This document shows, piece after piece, positions 48,535 through 59,814 of a stretch of DNA of 64,000 bases. The stretch spans positions 154,070,001 to 154,134,000 of the forward strand of contig NC_058369.1 in assembly GCF_018350175.1 (NCBI RefSeq), given 5' to 3'. The translations under genes were made by a program, and so were the position numbers. The notes under the pieces were generated by a model that was not told the DNA's origin, searched no databases, and saw only the letters and a program-made list of their open reading frames with translations. Source of the DNA: Felis catus. Taxonomy: Eukaryota. Position 1 is the first letter of the stretch. Each line of letters opens with the position of its first letter.

Positions 48535-49686
48535 AAAATCAGATACTTGTAAGTTGATAAATATTTTATGAATGCCACAGGGAGAAATTAATTCACTCAT
48601 ATGAAGTCATTCTAGTCTGGTTTCCTCTAAGGTCGATTCTGGAGGTGTCAGGATTCCAGCCAGAGTATGAACCTTAAAGTTACCTTAAAGTTGGCCACTG
48701 TTCTCCAGACAGGGACCTAGGAGGAGGGACCTATTAAGAGTGGGAAGTAGGAGTCTGCGCGGTTGCATCCTGATTCACGGGAAAGATAATGAAACGGAGA
48801 CACAGGTAATCCACACGTAAAAGGAAAGATTAACATGTCATCTAGAGAATCTAGAGGAATGCACAGGTGAAATAAATCATTTTCGCTTTACCATACTGAC
48901 CACAAAGGCCTAAAGCAGTGTCTGACCTAGACTTCTCAAGGAAACTGGAAGCCCGAAAGGTAAATATTAATACAAATGGCTAAACTTCAGGCGGAGAAAA
49001 TAAGACAAAGGGAGGCGAGGAAGACAGAGAAGTTGAGACACCTGGCGCAGAAAGAGTGTGAGGAAACGACTAGTGAGAGATGACGGTTACGATACAGGCA
49101 AGTCTCCGGGGCAATGGAGAGCCACTGCGAGATTTTAAACGAGGAATTAAGGTCGCTGATAACTCAAGAAACCCAAGTTATACAGTTAGACACAGAATCA
49201 GAAAAAGAACTACTAATTATTTCTAATTAACGAATTCCTAGCGAATTAAATAATAAATTCCCGCTGTCCTACGTTCATTCTGACGGGGCAATTCAGAAGG
49301 TAAGCTACACATTCACAACTCGCCAATGCCTCTGCGGAAACGGCCTCACCCCTACAACCGGAAACAGAAAGTGACCGCTGCGGACGCCACCTAACGGCGT
49401 GTTGGAGCCAAGCTAAGTGGGAAAGCCGCACCACCGGAAGGGGCCGGCTGTTTCCGGTAAAAATCCGACCCAGCCGCAACTCAGAGGGCGAGTCTCCGAG
49501 ATTCGGCCAATGTGCCCCGAGCACTCGGCTCCGCGACATCGTATGCCCGCTTTTGCGCAGGCGCGGGGTTACCGGGCAGGCAAACGCGTACGCAAAACCG
49601 TGCGCGCGCCCGTCCTCCGTCCGGCGCATCGGTGCTGATTCGAGGGTAAAGCCTTTGGAGCTGGAACGCGGACTCTTGTTCTCTGA

Positions 49687-49706
49687 ACTACAACTCCCAG
49701 CATGCC
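49687..49706 (+). promoter_or_regulatory. ZNF143/STAF (THAP11-associated) extended motif
   Basis: ACTACAACTCCCAGCATGCC fits the consensus ACTACAnnTCCCAnnATGC. Confidence 0.85.
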
Positions 49707-49830
49707 TCACCCCTCATAGTGGTACTAGGTGTGGTTTCTCAGGATAGGTTAAAAGGAGACCTAAGTGACGATGACGTACCAAAGAGGAAAAAAAAATTGA
49801 ATACGTTGTTGGAGCGCCTCGCTCACAGAA

Positions 49831-49903
49831 GCCCCAGTGGCCTAATGGATAAGGCATTGGCCTCCTAAGCCAGGGATTGTGGGTTCGAGTCCCATCTGGG
49901 GTG
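49831..49903 (+). tRNA. TRR-CCT: tRNA-Arg (anticodon CCT)
   Basis: 73-nt cloverleaf GCCCCAG...CTGGGGTG; A box TGGCCTAATGG; anticodon stem TTGGC/GCCAG with CCT at 49864-49866; B box GGTTCGAGTCC. Confidence 0.98.
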
Positions 49904-49910
49904 GCGAGAC

Positions 49911-49914
49911 TTTT
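49911..49914 (+). terminator. Pol III terminator of tRNA-Arg
   Basis: TTTT 7 nt after the discriminator base; a backup T5 run at about 49928. Confidence 0.8.
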
Positions 49915-50515
49915 GTCTTGGAAAGGATTTTTGCTACTCTTAAAGAACTATACCGAAATATGCTAACTTAATTTTACCTTTTAAAAATGGGAAGTATACG
50001 TGTCGTTTTCCTAAGTGTTGGGCTACTGCTTGAGAGAATAAGCATATTCCATTTCCTTCTTCTGAGCCACCACAGTGCCGTAAGATTTCTGGAAAGTCAG
50101 TGCTCTGAATTCTGATATCCCCTCTGGGTATCCTTCGTGTTCTAGTTCAAATCAACATCCATTCCCACCAGGCCCACTTATTCTCGAGACTCCGCGGTCA
50201 GTTAATGACGTCTTAAATGACGCAGTCACCAAAGACCCTCCTTTCCTCTAGCCCGGCCTTTCTCGGTGTTTCTTAAGGAACTTTGAGTCAGTTACACTCG
50301 GCTTTCGTTTGCTTCTGTCTTAACTCCTGAGGGCGCCTCTCGGCGTTTGATTAGTAAAGCTGTGCGGAGAAGGGAAGTGAGACATTCCACTACTCGGCGA
50401 TCGAAGGGGGGACCCGGCAGTGTCGGTCCGACCGTACCATTAAGCAGCTGGGCGGGGGTGAGGGAGTTAGAGGGGCGTAGGGCGCCATTGGGCACCACGC
50501 TCCGAGGACATGAAA

Positions 50516-50653
50516 ATGGCGGCCTTAGGGTCGCCGGCACGCACTTTACGAGGCCTTCTACGGGAGTTGCGCTACATGAACGCGGCCACTGGCCGACCCT
50601 ATCGCGACACTGCAGCCTATAGGTACCTCGTGAAGGCTTTCCGTGCGCATCGG
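50516..50653 (+). CDS. FMC1: FMC1 (C7orf55; mitochondrial complex V assembly factor) exon 1: MAALGSPARTLRGLLRELRYMNAATGRPYRDTAAYRYLVKAFRAHR
   Basis: Strong Kozak aaaATGg; cgg/gtacgg donor; peptide recognised; in-frame upstream ATG at 50510. Confidence 0.95.
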
Positions 50654-51657
50654 GTACGGAAGCCCGTGTCCGGGTGCTCCAGCGGCCGTGGCCGTTCCCT
50701 GAGGAAGGAAGGGGGAAGGGGGTGAGATCTAGCTGGGGGGTAGGGAGCGTCTGGCCTCAGCCCCTGCATTTCTGAAACCGACCCTCCCACCCAGCCCTGG
50801 TTCTGGCCAAGCTTACCCAGGCCCTAGTCCTTGGTCTATGGCCTAAGCCCGGGGACTAACCAAGGAGCGGGGATTTCATTGGCTGGTCTTTTGCAGGTGC
50901 AGAGGACAAAGTCAGAGCCATGGAAGTGGAGGGGATGGGGCGGGGGTTGGTAAAGGAGAGATGCACTTGATGGAGAGTGTAGGGTCACCAGCTGCAGCTA
51001 GATCAACCACTCTCCTCATCCTTCCCATGGTAGTTATTCTAAAAACCATTTTTTGAGGCGGAAAATAACTGTAATAAGATGAGGAATATTAAGAATTTGG
51101 CAGGAACCGTGTTTCACTTATGTTGTATTTCATTCCCCATTTAAAGGAAATGGTGCCTGTGGAGCTGAACTGGAGATCTGTAATGACATTGCGCTATCAC
51201 AACATTAATGTGATATCTGACCAGATAATTTTTTTCCTTCTGTAGCAGATAAATATGAACATATGGGAAGCCATCCTTGGGAAATTCCTTTGTGAACTCC
51301 ACACTCCATATTCCCGTTAGGCAAGATCGGGTGGAAGAAGATGTTTTATTTTTCAAATGGGGCAACTGAGGCTCAGGGACCCCGTGCAAGGACTTGTATA
51401 GGAACAACTAGAAGTTAAATTCCCAAATAACCGGTCTTCCATTTAATAGCTGTCTTTAGAATTACGGATTGGGCTTTGAAGGAAGTTGCAAGCTATCTCC
51501 AAAATAGTACGTTGGAGAGTCATCTTGGGCTTTAGGGTAGGAAAGTGTCTTTTGAGCAATGTGGGAAAAAGGAGAACCAGGATCCTGTTGAATCTTTAAG
51601 CTATGGAAGTTAGAATGCATTATGTTAGAACTAAAATTCAAACATTTTTACCTTTTT

Positions 51658-52270
51658 ATCAAGATCTATATAGATCAAGATCTATATAGATCCAGATCTA
51701 TATATAGATCAAGATCTATATATAGATCAAGATCTATATAGATCCAGATCTATATATAGATAAGATCTATATATAGATCCAGATCTATATATAGATCAAG
51801 ATCTATATATAGATCTGGATCTATATATATAGATCAAGATCTATATATATAGATCAAGATCTATATATATAGATCCAGATCTATATATATAGATCCAGAT
51901 CTATATATGTATAGATCAAGATCTATATATATAGATCAAGATATATATATCAAGATATATATATGTATAGATCAAGATCTATATATGTATAGATCAAGAT
52001 CTATATATATAGATCAAGATATATATATCAAGATCTATATATGTATAGATCAAGATCTATATATGTATAGATCAAGATCTATATATATAGATCAAGATAT
52101 ATATATCAAGATCTATATATGTATAGATCAAGATCTATATATGTATAGATCAAGATCTATATATATAGATCAAGATATATATATCAAGATATATATATGT
52201 ATAGATCAAGATATATATATATATCAAGATATATATATGTATATATCAAGATATATATATATATATATAT
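51658..52270. repeat. Palindromic minisatellite [GATC(TA)3-5GATC + AA/CA]n with a 78-bp higher-order repeat, in FMC1 intron 1
   Basis: Directly visible; the 26-aa repeat in ORF 51907..52272 reflects the 78-bp unit. Confidence 0.95.
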
Positions 52271-52369
52271 AATTTTATCAAAGTAAGTTCTATACCCAAC
52301 GTGGGGCTAAAATTCAAAAACTTTTTAAAGGCCACAGTGTTAGGGACTTCTAGGAACTTGGCTAAAATG

Positions 52370-52760
52370 ATGAATCAGATGCACACGGGTCCTGTCTTTT
52401 AAGAAGTTTACGAAGAACTCTACAAGAAAGCACTTGGAATAAGAAAGTGCTAAGAGCATAAACAACTGGAGGTCCTTGTATAAAGAAGGATTTCAGGAGG
52501 AAACTAAGCAGGGACCTGATGTGTAAATTGGAGTTTGCAAGCAAATGGGGGTTGGGGAAGATGAGGTCCAGGTCGAGAAGCTGCACAACTGAAAAGCCCA
52601 GAGGTGAGAACAGACATTTGAGACTGGTTGAAGCTTAAGGTGTGGTAGGTGAAGTAGAAGTTGTGGTAGGCAGGAACTTATTAAACTTCATTGTAAATGT
52701 AATGGAAGGTCATTCTAAGATTTTTAAGATGACATGATTATAGCTGTACCACCTTATGGG
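52370..52760 (-). mobile_element. L2 fragment
   Basis: cacgggtcctgtctttaagaagttta...aagtgctaagag...attgtaaatgtaatggaagg...gacatgat. Confidence 0.55.
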
Positions 52761-54201
52761 GGCATTATTGCTCTCGAGAGGCTCTCAAATTTTGTGTAAA
52801 TTCATGTTACAAGTTTCAGAAACACAGCAAGGATATGAAGAATGGTTTGTTTCCTGCTGGCTCAGAGCTAGCTCAATAACCATCTATGCCCATTTTCTCC
52901 ATCCTTTCCCTTAACTGAAGGGGTTCAGTTAGGGAGGAACCTCTGCCTTCTCCTTAGAGAAAAAAAAAAAAATTTTTTTTTCATTTGATTTCATTTGGTC
53001 TCTTGTGATTCATATACTGTTTATATATTGCTGACCCTTCTGTCCTGACTCATGATTCAGGCTTAGCTGAATCATGGCCTACACTAACAGAATTCTTGTT
53101 TCCAATCTTTATCAGTTTTGGTGTTTATTAGAGAAATGGATGTTAACCTTTTTTAAAAGTTTGACATTGGTGTTGTTCATTCACAGATTTTTACTTATAA
53201 AAAGTTAACTGATTAAAGCAGATAGTTCTTTTTTTGAGCAGCTTATGAGTGTTATTTTCACATATGTGATCTGCAGATCTTTTTTTGTATGTGTGATGTG
53301 CAGATCTTAAACCACACTTTCTGGTTTTCAGATTCCAACTCTACATATTCAAGTAAAGAAAGGTCAAAGGGGTTTACATAGGCAGTGGTACACAGAGGTT
53401 AATCTACATTTAGAGAAACACAGGGCTCCTTAAGTATTTTAAGCTATGTACACATCTCTGTCTCACCTTTTCTTCCTTTTCTCACAACTTCAGAACGCAA
53501 AGTTAAATAAAGGACAGTGTACTAACTCTGGGAATTAATTGTGATGAAGAAAAAACAAGTTTGGAATTATTGGCGACTTGTGAATGGATATCATTTCTAG
53601 CTACTTAACAGTTATCAGAATATGGGTTTTTCAGATGGATAAGTAAATTATAATGAATAGATGCATATTAATTTTATATATAAAGGCTTCATTTTGTTAT
53701 GTTGAGGACAAAGCTATTATTTTTCAGACAAAATGGTTTTACTTTTCATTGAAATGATAATCATATACCACCTTGACCAAAGTCAGAAATATAAAAATCA
53801 GACTCATTTGTTTGAAGGGGAGAAAGTTCTATACACCTTAGGCGACATTAATGATTATAGTTTCCTATCTCTGCCAGTAACCAACTATTGAGCCCCTCTG
53901 GGCTTTAGTTTCTTCATTTGTAAAACAAGAGTGTTGAAATGACTTTTTCAGTTATTAAAATATGAGGACACTCAATGAAACTCCTCTGTGAAACTCCTTG
54001 TAAACTTCCTCTTCAATTAATTAGAGGTCAGGTTCCCTAATCAACGGAGTGTCTCTACATATGTAATTAGTATATACATATGCATGTTTATATTTCCTTT
54101 GTGCAGTTTACTTCCATTCTAGAGAATGCTTATTAGATCTCTCTGGCTCTGTATCTGTAGCTGGGCTGTTAATAAAGTATGTGACCTTGCTGCTTCTCCA
54201 G

Positions 54202-54405
54202 GTTACCAGTGAGAAGTTGTGCAGAGCCCAACACGAGCTTCATTTCCAAGCTGCCACCTATCTCTGCCTCCTACGCAGCATTCGAGNNNNNNNNNNNNNN
54301 NNNNNNNNNNNNNNNNNNNNNNNNNNNNNNNNNNNNNNNNNNNNNNNNNNNNNNNNNNNNNNNNNNNNNNNNNNNNNNNNNNNNNNNNNNNNNNNNNNNN
54401 NNNNN
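54202..54405 (+). CDS. FMC1: FMC1 exon 2 (VTSEKLCRAQHELHFQAATYLCLLRSIR...); 3' part and stop lie in an N gap
   Basis: cttctccag acceptor, phase 0; visible to 54286; end coordinate inferred from the recalled 113-aa protein length. Confidence 0.88.
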
Positions 54406-54468
54406 NNNNNNNNNNNNNCCTTGGATGCTGCCTTCATACAAGAACTTAATCATTTCTATGTATTTATC

Positions 54469-54474
54469 ATTAAA
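54469..54474 (+). terminator. FMC1: FMC1 poly(A) signal (variant ATTAAA)
   Basis: ATTAAA shortly after the inferred stop, preceded by TGTA and followed by GU/U-rich sequence. Confidence 0.65.
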
Positions 54475-55246
54475 TTTGTTTCTAAGTTTAGGGTTTTTCT
54501 CTAATTTTGTCAACTGAGTGTTTCTTAGGTTTTATTCTTACTCAGTGAATTTACTGAACTTCTTACATTAGGCTGATGCTCTTCATTTTTTTAAAACTTT
54601 ATTATTTTTATTTTTAAAGTATACAAACCTATTGTGTTAAGTAATTCAAATGGTATAGAATATAAAATAAAAGCTTCCTTTTCTTTTCCCTTGTCCCTCC
54701 CTTCTCCCATCCCTGTTAACTGGTGAGAAATGTTGCTAACAGTTTGGTGTGTGTCTTTCCAGCTATTTCCTGTCCTTATACAAGCATACGATTATATTTA
54801 TGCATGCCCGCACACGTGCACACACACGCACACTTTAGTACAAAACACAAAAATATGATGTGTTTTAAGTTAGTGACAGGAAACAGGTGGCATACTCAAT
54901 TAAATAGGGTTGCTGAGGAGAGTTAATGAAGGGGTAGATAAAGATGTGATGCTCCTAGAGGCTAGCAACATAGGCTGAGTTGACCCTTAGGTGTAGGAAT
55001 ATGACCACCACTCAACTGCAGGCTGCAGAGAGGAAGTCCAGGGAGAAGGAGATGGAATGAGCATAGTGATTTATGCCTTCTAATCTGTCAAATTGTTATT
55101 CACCTTGAATTCTCTATCAGGGTAAAGGGCTCCCAACCACACACTTGGCTGACCGAGTAAACTACTTGGGCTTCATTCTGTATTCCTGACTCTTCTTAGT
55201 CTCCATATCTAGTCAATCAGTTTTTGCTTCTGCAATGGCTCTGACA

Positions 55247-55284
55247 TCCCACCCCCTCCCCCCCTCCCCCCCCCCCCCCCCCCC
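55247..55284. repeat. C-rich homopolymer tract
   Basis: ccccaccccctccccccctccc followed by a long C run. Confidence 0.85.
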
Positions 55285-55799
55285 GGCCGCCCCTGTCTCT
55301 TCATTGCCTCTCTTCTTGTTCAAGCACTAACAGTCTTTTGTCTGAACTACTAAACTAGTCTCATAAATGGTCTTTTTGCTTCTAACATTCTTGAATAGAA
55401 ATTACTCTTTCTGTGAACTACCAGTGGTTATCTGTGACCACTTTGTGGCCTAGGTTGGTTTCTTGTAGGCACGTCTTACAGCTTCTTTTTCCCTGGACTC
55501 AAGCTCCTGAAGAGTAAGGGCCAGTCTCATGCATCTTTGTAGGCTCCAAAGCACCATCCATGGTGACTCACACGTAGCATTATTCCATATTCTGAATACA
55601 TAGCTCAGTACTACTCGCTAGGAGTACAATCTGAACAGAACTATTCATAAAGCATTCCAAACACCATCTCTTCTAAGAGATCAACATAAAAACAATAGTA
55701 TTAAGAGGTCAAACAAGCATTTATTCAATTAACAGATCAAAAAACTGGAAAAATTTAACACACTTTGTTTCCCATTTTATTTCATGAGCATGAGTGTAT

Positions 55800-55997
55800 T
55801 ATTATTTTAATGTTTATTTTTGAGATAGAAAGTATGAGTGGGGGAGGGGCAGAGAGAGAGAGGGAAGGAGAGAATCTGCAGCAGGCTCCATGCTGTCAGC
55901 CCAATCAATGTCCGAAGCGGGGCTTAAACCCACAAACCGCAAGATCATGACCAGAGCTGAAGTCAGAGTCTCAACTACTGAGCCGCCCAGGCGCACC
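55800..55997 (-). mobile_element. Older CAN-SINE
   Basis: ttttaatgtttatttttgaga...ctgagccgcccaggcgcacc; TSD atgagt..attat. Confidence 0.88.
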
Positions 55998-56118
55998 AGG
56001 TATGAGTACATTATCTGAAGATATCTTACTTTTATAAAATAAAGAAAGCAAAAGGACTAGGGTATGTTGATGTTTTGATTTCCTTCGTTGTTACGATATC
56101 ATATATACAATAAAGTTT

Positions 56119-56318
56119 GGGGTGCCTGGGTGGCTCAGTTGAGCATCCGACTTCAGCTCAGGTCATGATCTCACAGCTATTGAGTTCGAGCCCCACGTCA
56201 GGCTCTCTGCTGACAGCTCAGAGCCTGGAGTCTGCTTTGGATTCTGTGTCTCCCTCTTTCTCTGCCCCTCTCCTGCTTGTGTTCTCTCCAAATAAATAAA
56301 CATTAAAGTTATAAAAAA
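56119..56318 (+). mobile_element. CAN-SINE
   Basis: TSD aataaagtttg. Confidence 0.92.
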
Positions 56319-56339
56319 AATAAAGTTTGAGGCAGAATT

Positions 56340-56540
56340 ACCTAACCAGGGTAAGATATTTATTATGGGTTTGAAGTGATAGAGACCTAGGTTTTAACCC
56401 ACTTTTGTAATTCACCAGCTGTGTTATCTTGGGCAGATTAGTTGACCTGAGTTTGTTCCTTCTTTTGTAAAATGGGAATGCCAACAAGGTGGTTGTATGT
56501 AATAAATACATAAAATACTTGCACAGTAAATAAGGAGTAC
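56340..56540 (+). mobile_element. MIR
   Basis: agacctaggttttaaccc...ccagctgtgttatcttgggcag...tgtaaaatggga. Confidence 0.75.
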
Positions 56541-56684
56541 TTGACAAAAAGAAAATCTTACTATTTTTAATCATTTTACTATACTTTCCTTCTTTTATCA
56601 TGAACCCTTCTCTAAACCCCATTGCCACCTATCTTCTGGATTATAGACAGGGTTTTTTTTTACTTTGATTTGCTCAGGCAAATC

Positions 56685-56806
56685 TTTTTTAAATAGATTT
56701 TTAAGATTTTATTTTTAAGTATTCTCCATGTCCAACATGGGACTCAAACTCACAACCCTGAGATCAAGAGCTGCACGCTCTTCTGACTGAGCCAGCCAGG
56801 TGCCCC
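56685..56806 (-). mobile_element. Short CAN-SINE
   Basis: aaccctgagatcaagag...ctgagccagccaggtgcccc; TSD tgctcaggc. Confidence 0.88.
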
Positions 56807-56989
56807 TGCTCAGGCCATTTCTATCCATGTATGTTCAAACCTGTACCTTTTACTAATGGTCTTACCAACAAGAATTAGTTGAACTCAGTTTTAGAAATAG
56901 AAGGAAATGATTTTGGACCACAAGCTATTCAACTTTCTATCTTGGGAGTTCCAAGAACTGAGGTTTTTGCACTGTGTTAATTTGCTGCT

Positions 56990-58240
56990 CTAGTGTTTGA
57001 TGTGCTACATGCTTTGTCACATTCCTTTACTTTGCTGTCTCTTTTACCCTTGCTCCTTTATTTTCAACTGCTTCCTCTCACTGAATTATATAGTAGCATT
57101 TAAATATGTTCCAGGCTCTTTCATCTAAAAACATACTCAACCTCTTACACAAATGCCTTTTCAGTTACTACCTCTTCATTTAAAATATGAAATAAGCTGT
57201 ATTGAAGTATAATATAATCTATCCATTTTAAGTGTGCAGGCCAATGAATAATGACAAGTGAATACATCTGTGTAAGAACCACCCCATGAAATTTAAAGAA
57301 CCTTTCTGTAACCCCCAAAAGTTGCCCTGTGCCCCTCTGAAGTCAATCCAGTTCCCTTTCCCCACACCTCCCAGGCAACCACTGACTTGCTTGCTGTCAG
57401 CAGAAATTAGTTTGGCCTGCTCAGGGATTTAATCCAAATGCAGTCATATAGTATGCACTCTTTTGAGTAGCATACTGATTGTGAGGTTAATAATCCATGT
57501 TGCATGTGTCCATTTTCTGCATTTTTCACTGCCCAATTATCCTCAATCCACTGTAGTCTGGTTTCTGCCCCTCTGCCAGAACTGCCTTGCAAGCTTACAA
57601 ATGACCTTCAGGTCACTAAACTCAGTGGATCATTCCTTATCTTGTTTGATCTCTAGGGAGCATATTTTTTCTTAAGTAAACTCTCAACAGGGGTCATGAA
57701 TTCATGACCCTGAGACGAAGATTCCCATGTTCTACTGACTGAGCCAGCCATGTGCCCCTCTAGGAAGCATTTGACACTATTCACCATTATTTTCTCATGG
57801 CTTCGAGGACCTCACATTCTTGTTTTCTTCTCTTGCTCTAGCCATTTGTCTTCAGTTTCGTCTTCTGCATATCCCTTATATATGTTGATGTTCCTCAGGT
57901 TCAAATCTAGGTTGTTACTTCAAACTTGGTATGTTTTCCCTGGCTTCAATTATCATCAACAGGCTAACTCCAGCCAAGCCCTGCTGTAAACCTGTATGTC
58001 CAGCTGCTTCACAGACAACACTACTTAGATGATTCAAAGGCATCTTAAATTCAATGCATTCAAAATAGAACTTCATCATCTTCCCCTATAAATCTCTCTG
58101 CCACTGCCACTTGTGCCAGTTGCTCAAGCCAGAAAATGGGAGTTATTCTTGATTGCTTCTGCTCCTTCATACCCTCAGTTAAATCACCACTGAATTAATT
58201 AAAGTCTACCTCCTAAGAATCTCTTGAATCTCTAATACTC
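56990..58240 (+). mobile_element. L2 with a nested L1M 3' end (about 57180-57510, minus) and a SINE fragment (about 57665-57758, minus)
   Basis: tctggtttctgccc...caaatgaccttc...cttagatgattcaaaggcatcttaaattcaa...gctcaagccagaaa L2 hallmarks; ccaggcaaccactga L1M hallmark. Confidence 0.7.
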
Positions 58241-58677
58241 TAGGTCCAGAGTTCGTACCTCTTGTATCTCTTTCCAGAACCACTTTTGTCCCTTATAAAT
58301 GTAGCACATAAAGACACATATTTGGCTTCAGGGCATTTGCCAGTTTTGTAGTAACAGCTTCAGTATTAAAACTGAGCTGTAGTTTTGGTGGGTTTGTAGG
58401 GTTAGGGATGCAAAAGGCAAAGTCTAGGGCCCTTCAAGGTAGGCACTCTAAAAATCCACATCCACTTGCATCTAGAATCCTCAAGTTCACCCTAAAGGAT
58501 GAACTGTAAGCAAAAAGTCCTTGCTAGGTTTTCAGCCCAGATTTTTGTCATTTTGGTGGTCAAGAGGAATTGAGACCTTGAACTTGTATTATGGTGGTCC
58601 TTGACTAGTAAGGTCTTCAGTGACCGACAGAGAAAAATAAAAATCTTCTCTGGAGGAAGATATTAGATCTTAGGCAA

Positions 58678-58884
58678 GGGGCCCCTGGGTGGCTCAGTCG
58701 GTTAAGTGTCCAACTTCAGCTAGGGTCATGATCTCACAGTCCATGAGTTTGAGCCCTGCGTCAGGGTCTGTGCTGACAGCTCAGAGCCTGGAGCCTGCTT
58801 AGGATTCTGTGTCTCCCTGTCTCTCTGACCCTCCCCTGTTCGTGCTCTGTCTCAAGAAAATAAACGTTAAAAAAATTTTTTTTT
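58678..58884 (+). mobile_element. CAN-SINE inside L1
   Basis: TSD ttagatcttaggc. Confidence 0.92.
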
Positions 58885-59814
58885 TAGATCTTAGGCTTAT
58901 ACTATTCCCATACATATTTTTTCAGATACATGTTCAGCACATAAAGATAACCAGACACACAAGAAAACAAGACTCCAAAAGTGAAAAAAGCAGAAATAAT
59001 AGACAACAGGAACAAAACTACAAAAAACTTCAGATAATTAGATTTAGTAAACTCAGATTACAAAACAATTATGTTCACTAAGTTCAAAGAATAGCCAGGC
59101 TTGAAAATTTTATCAAGGAACCAGAAACTATTTAAAAAAAAAAAAAAAAAAAAAAAAAGACACAGAAGACTTGAGAAAGAACTCAATAAAAACTATAGAA
59201 CTGAAAAAAATAATTCAATTTATGGATTTAGCAGCAGGCTAGATTCAGCTGAAAGGAGACTAGTGAACTATAAAATTTGTCAGAAAATAAAAGTACCAGA
59301 AGGCAGCTTGTCAAGACAAGGTAGAAAATGCAGAGTAAAGAAATCTAGACAATACATTGAAAATTGTCTAATAAACACTTATTTGGAGGTCTAGAAATTG
59401 ATGAGTGAGAAACAGTATTTAAGAACAGCTAAACACTTCTTGGAATTGACAAAAGACAAGTTTACAGATTCTAAAAGCTCAATGAATCCTCAAAGCAGAA
59501 AAAAAAAAATATATATATATATATATATCCACACCCAGAGACATTATAGTAAAATTGCAGAAAACCAAGAGCAAAAAGAACAAAATTTTAAAGCAGCCAA
59601 CTATCTGCAAAGGAGTAACAGGCTGAAAACTGACTTCACAGGAGCAAAGTTAAGCAGAAAGATGGTGTGCACATGTTGAAGAAACTTCAAACCTAGAATT
59701 CTATACCCAATAAAAATACCCATCTAGAATTAAGAAAAGCAAAAGAGCAAGCTTTTAAGGCAAAAAATGGGACAGTTCCCCACGAGCAGAGCAACACAAA
59801 AGCAAACTCTGAAG

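Larger units (their letters stand above)
49300..50760. promoter_or_regulatory. CpG island / promoter region of tRNA-Arg and FMC1
   Basis: High CpG density; ETS CCGGAAG (49434), NRF1-like GCGCAGGCGC (49555), CRE-like TGACG sites (49766-49778, 50207-50224). Confidence 0.85.

Noticed and set aside
49246-49747. ORFs of 64-154 aa in the CpG island (and similar ones at 61663-62638)
   Set aside because: Expected in GC-rich DNA with few stops; no recognisable domains.
51907-52272. 121-aa repetitive ORF (MYRSRSIYIDQD...) and the CRISPR-like look of the array
   Set aside because: By-product of the 78-bp repeat. Spacers are 2-nt AA/CA rather than unique sequences, there are no cas genes, and the context is a mammalian intron.
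54-58884. tRNA-like A/B boxes in SINE heads
   Set aside because: CAN-SINEs are tRNA-derived; only 49831-49903 forms a full cloverleaf.
29-59081. Many 60-90 aa ORFs of the MAQSV...TSAQVMIS... type
   Set aside because: Translations of CAN-SINE consensus sequence, not genes.
59101-59679. Lys-rich ORFs resembling L1 ORF1
   Set aside because: Decayed L1 with frameshifts and stops; not a functional gene.
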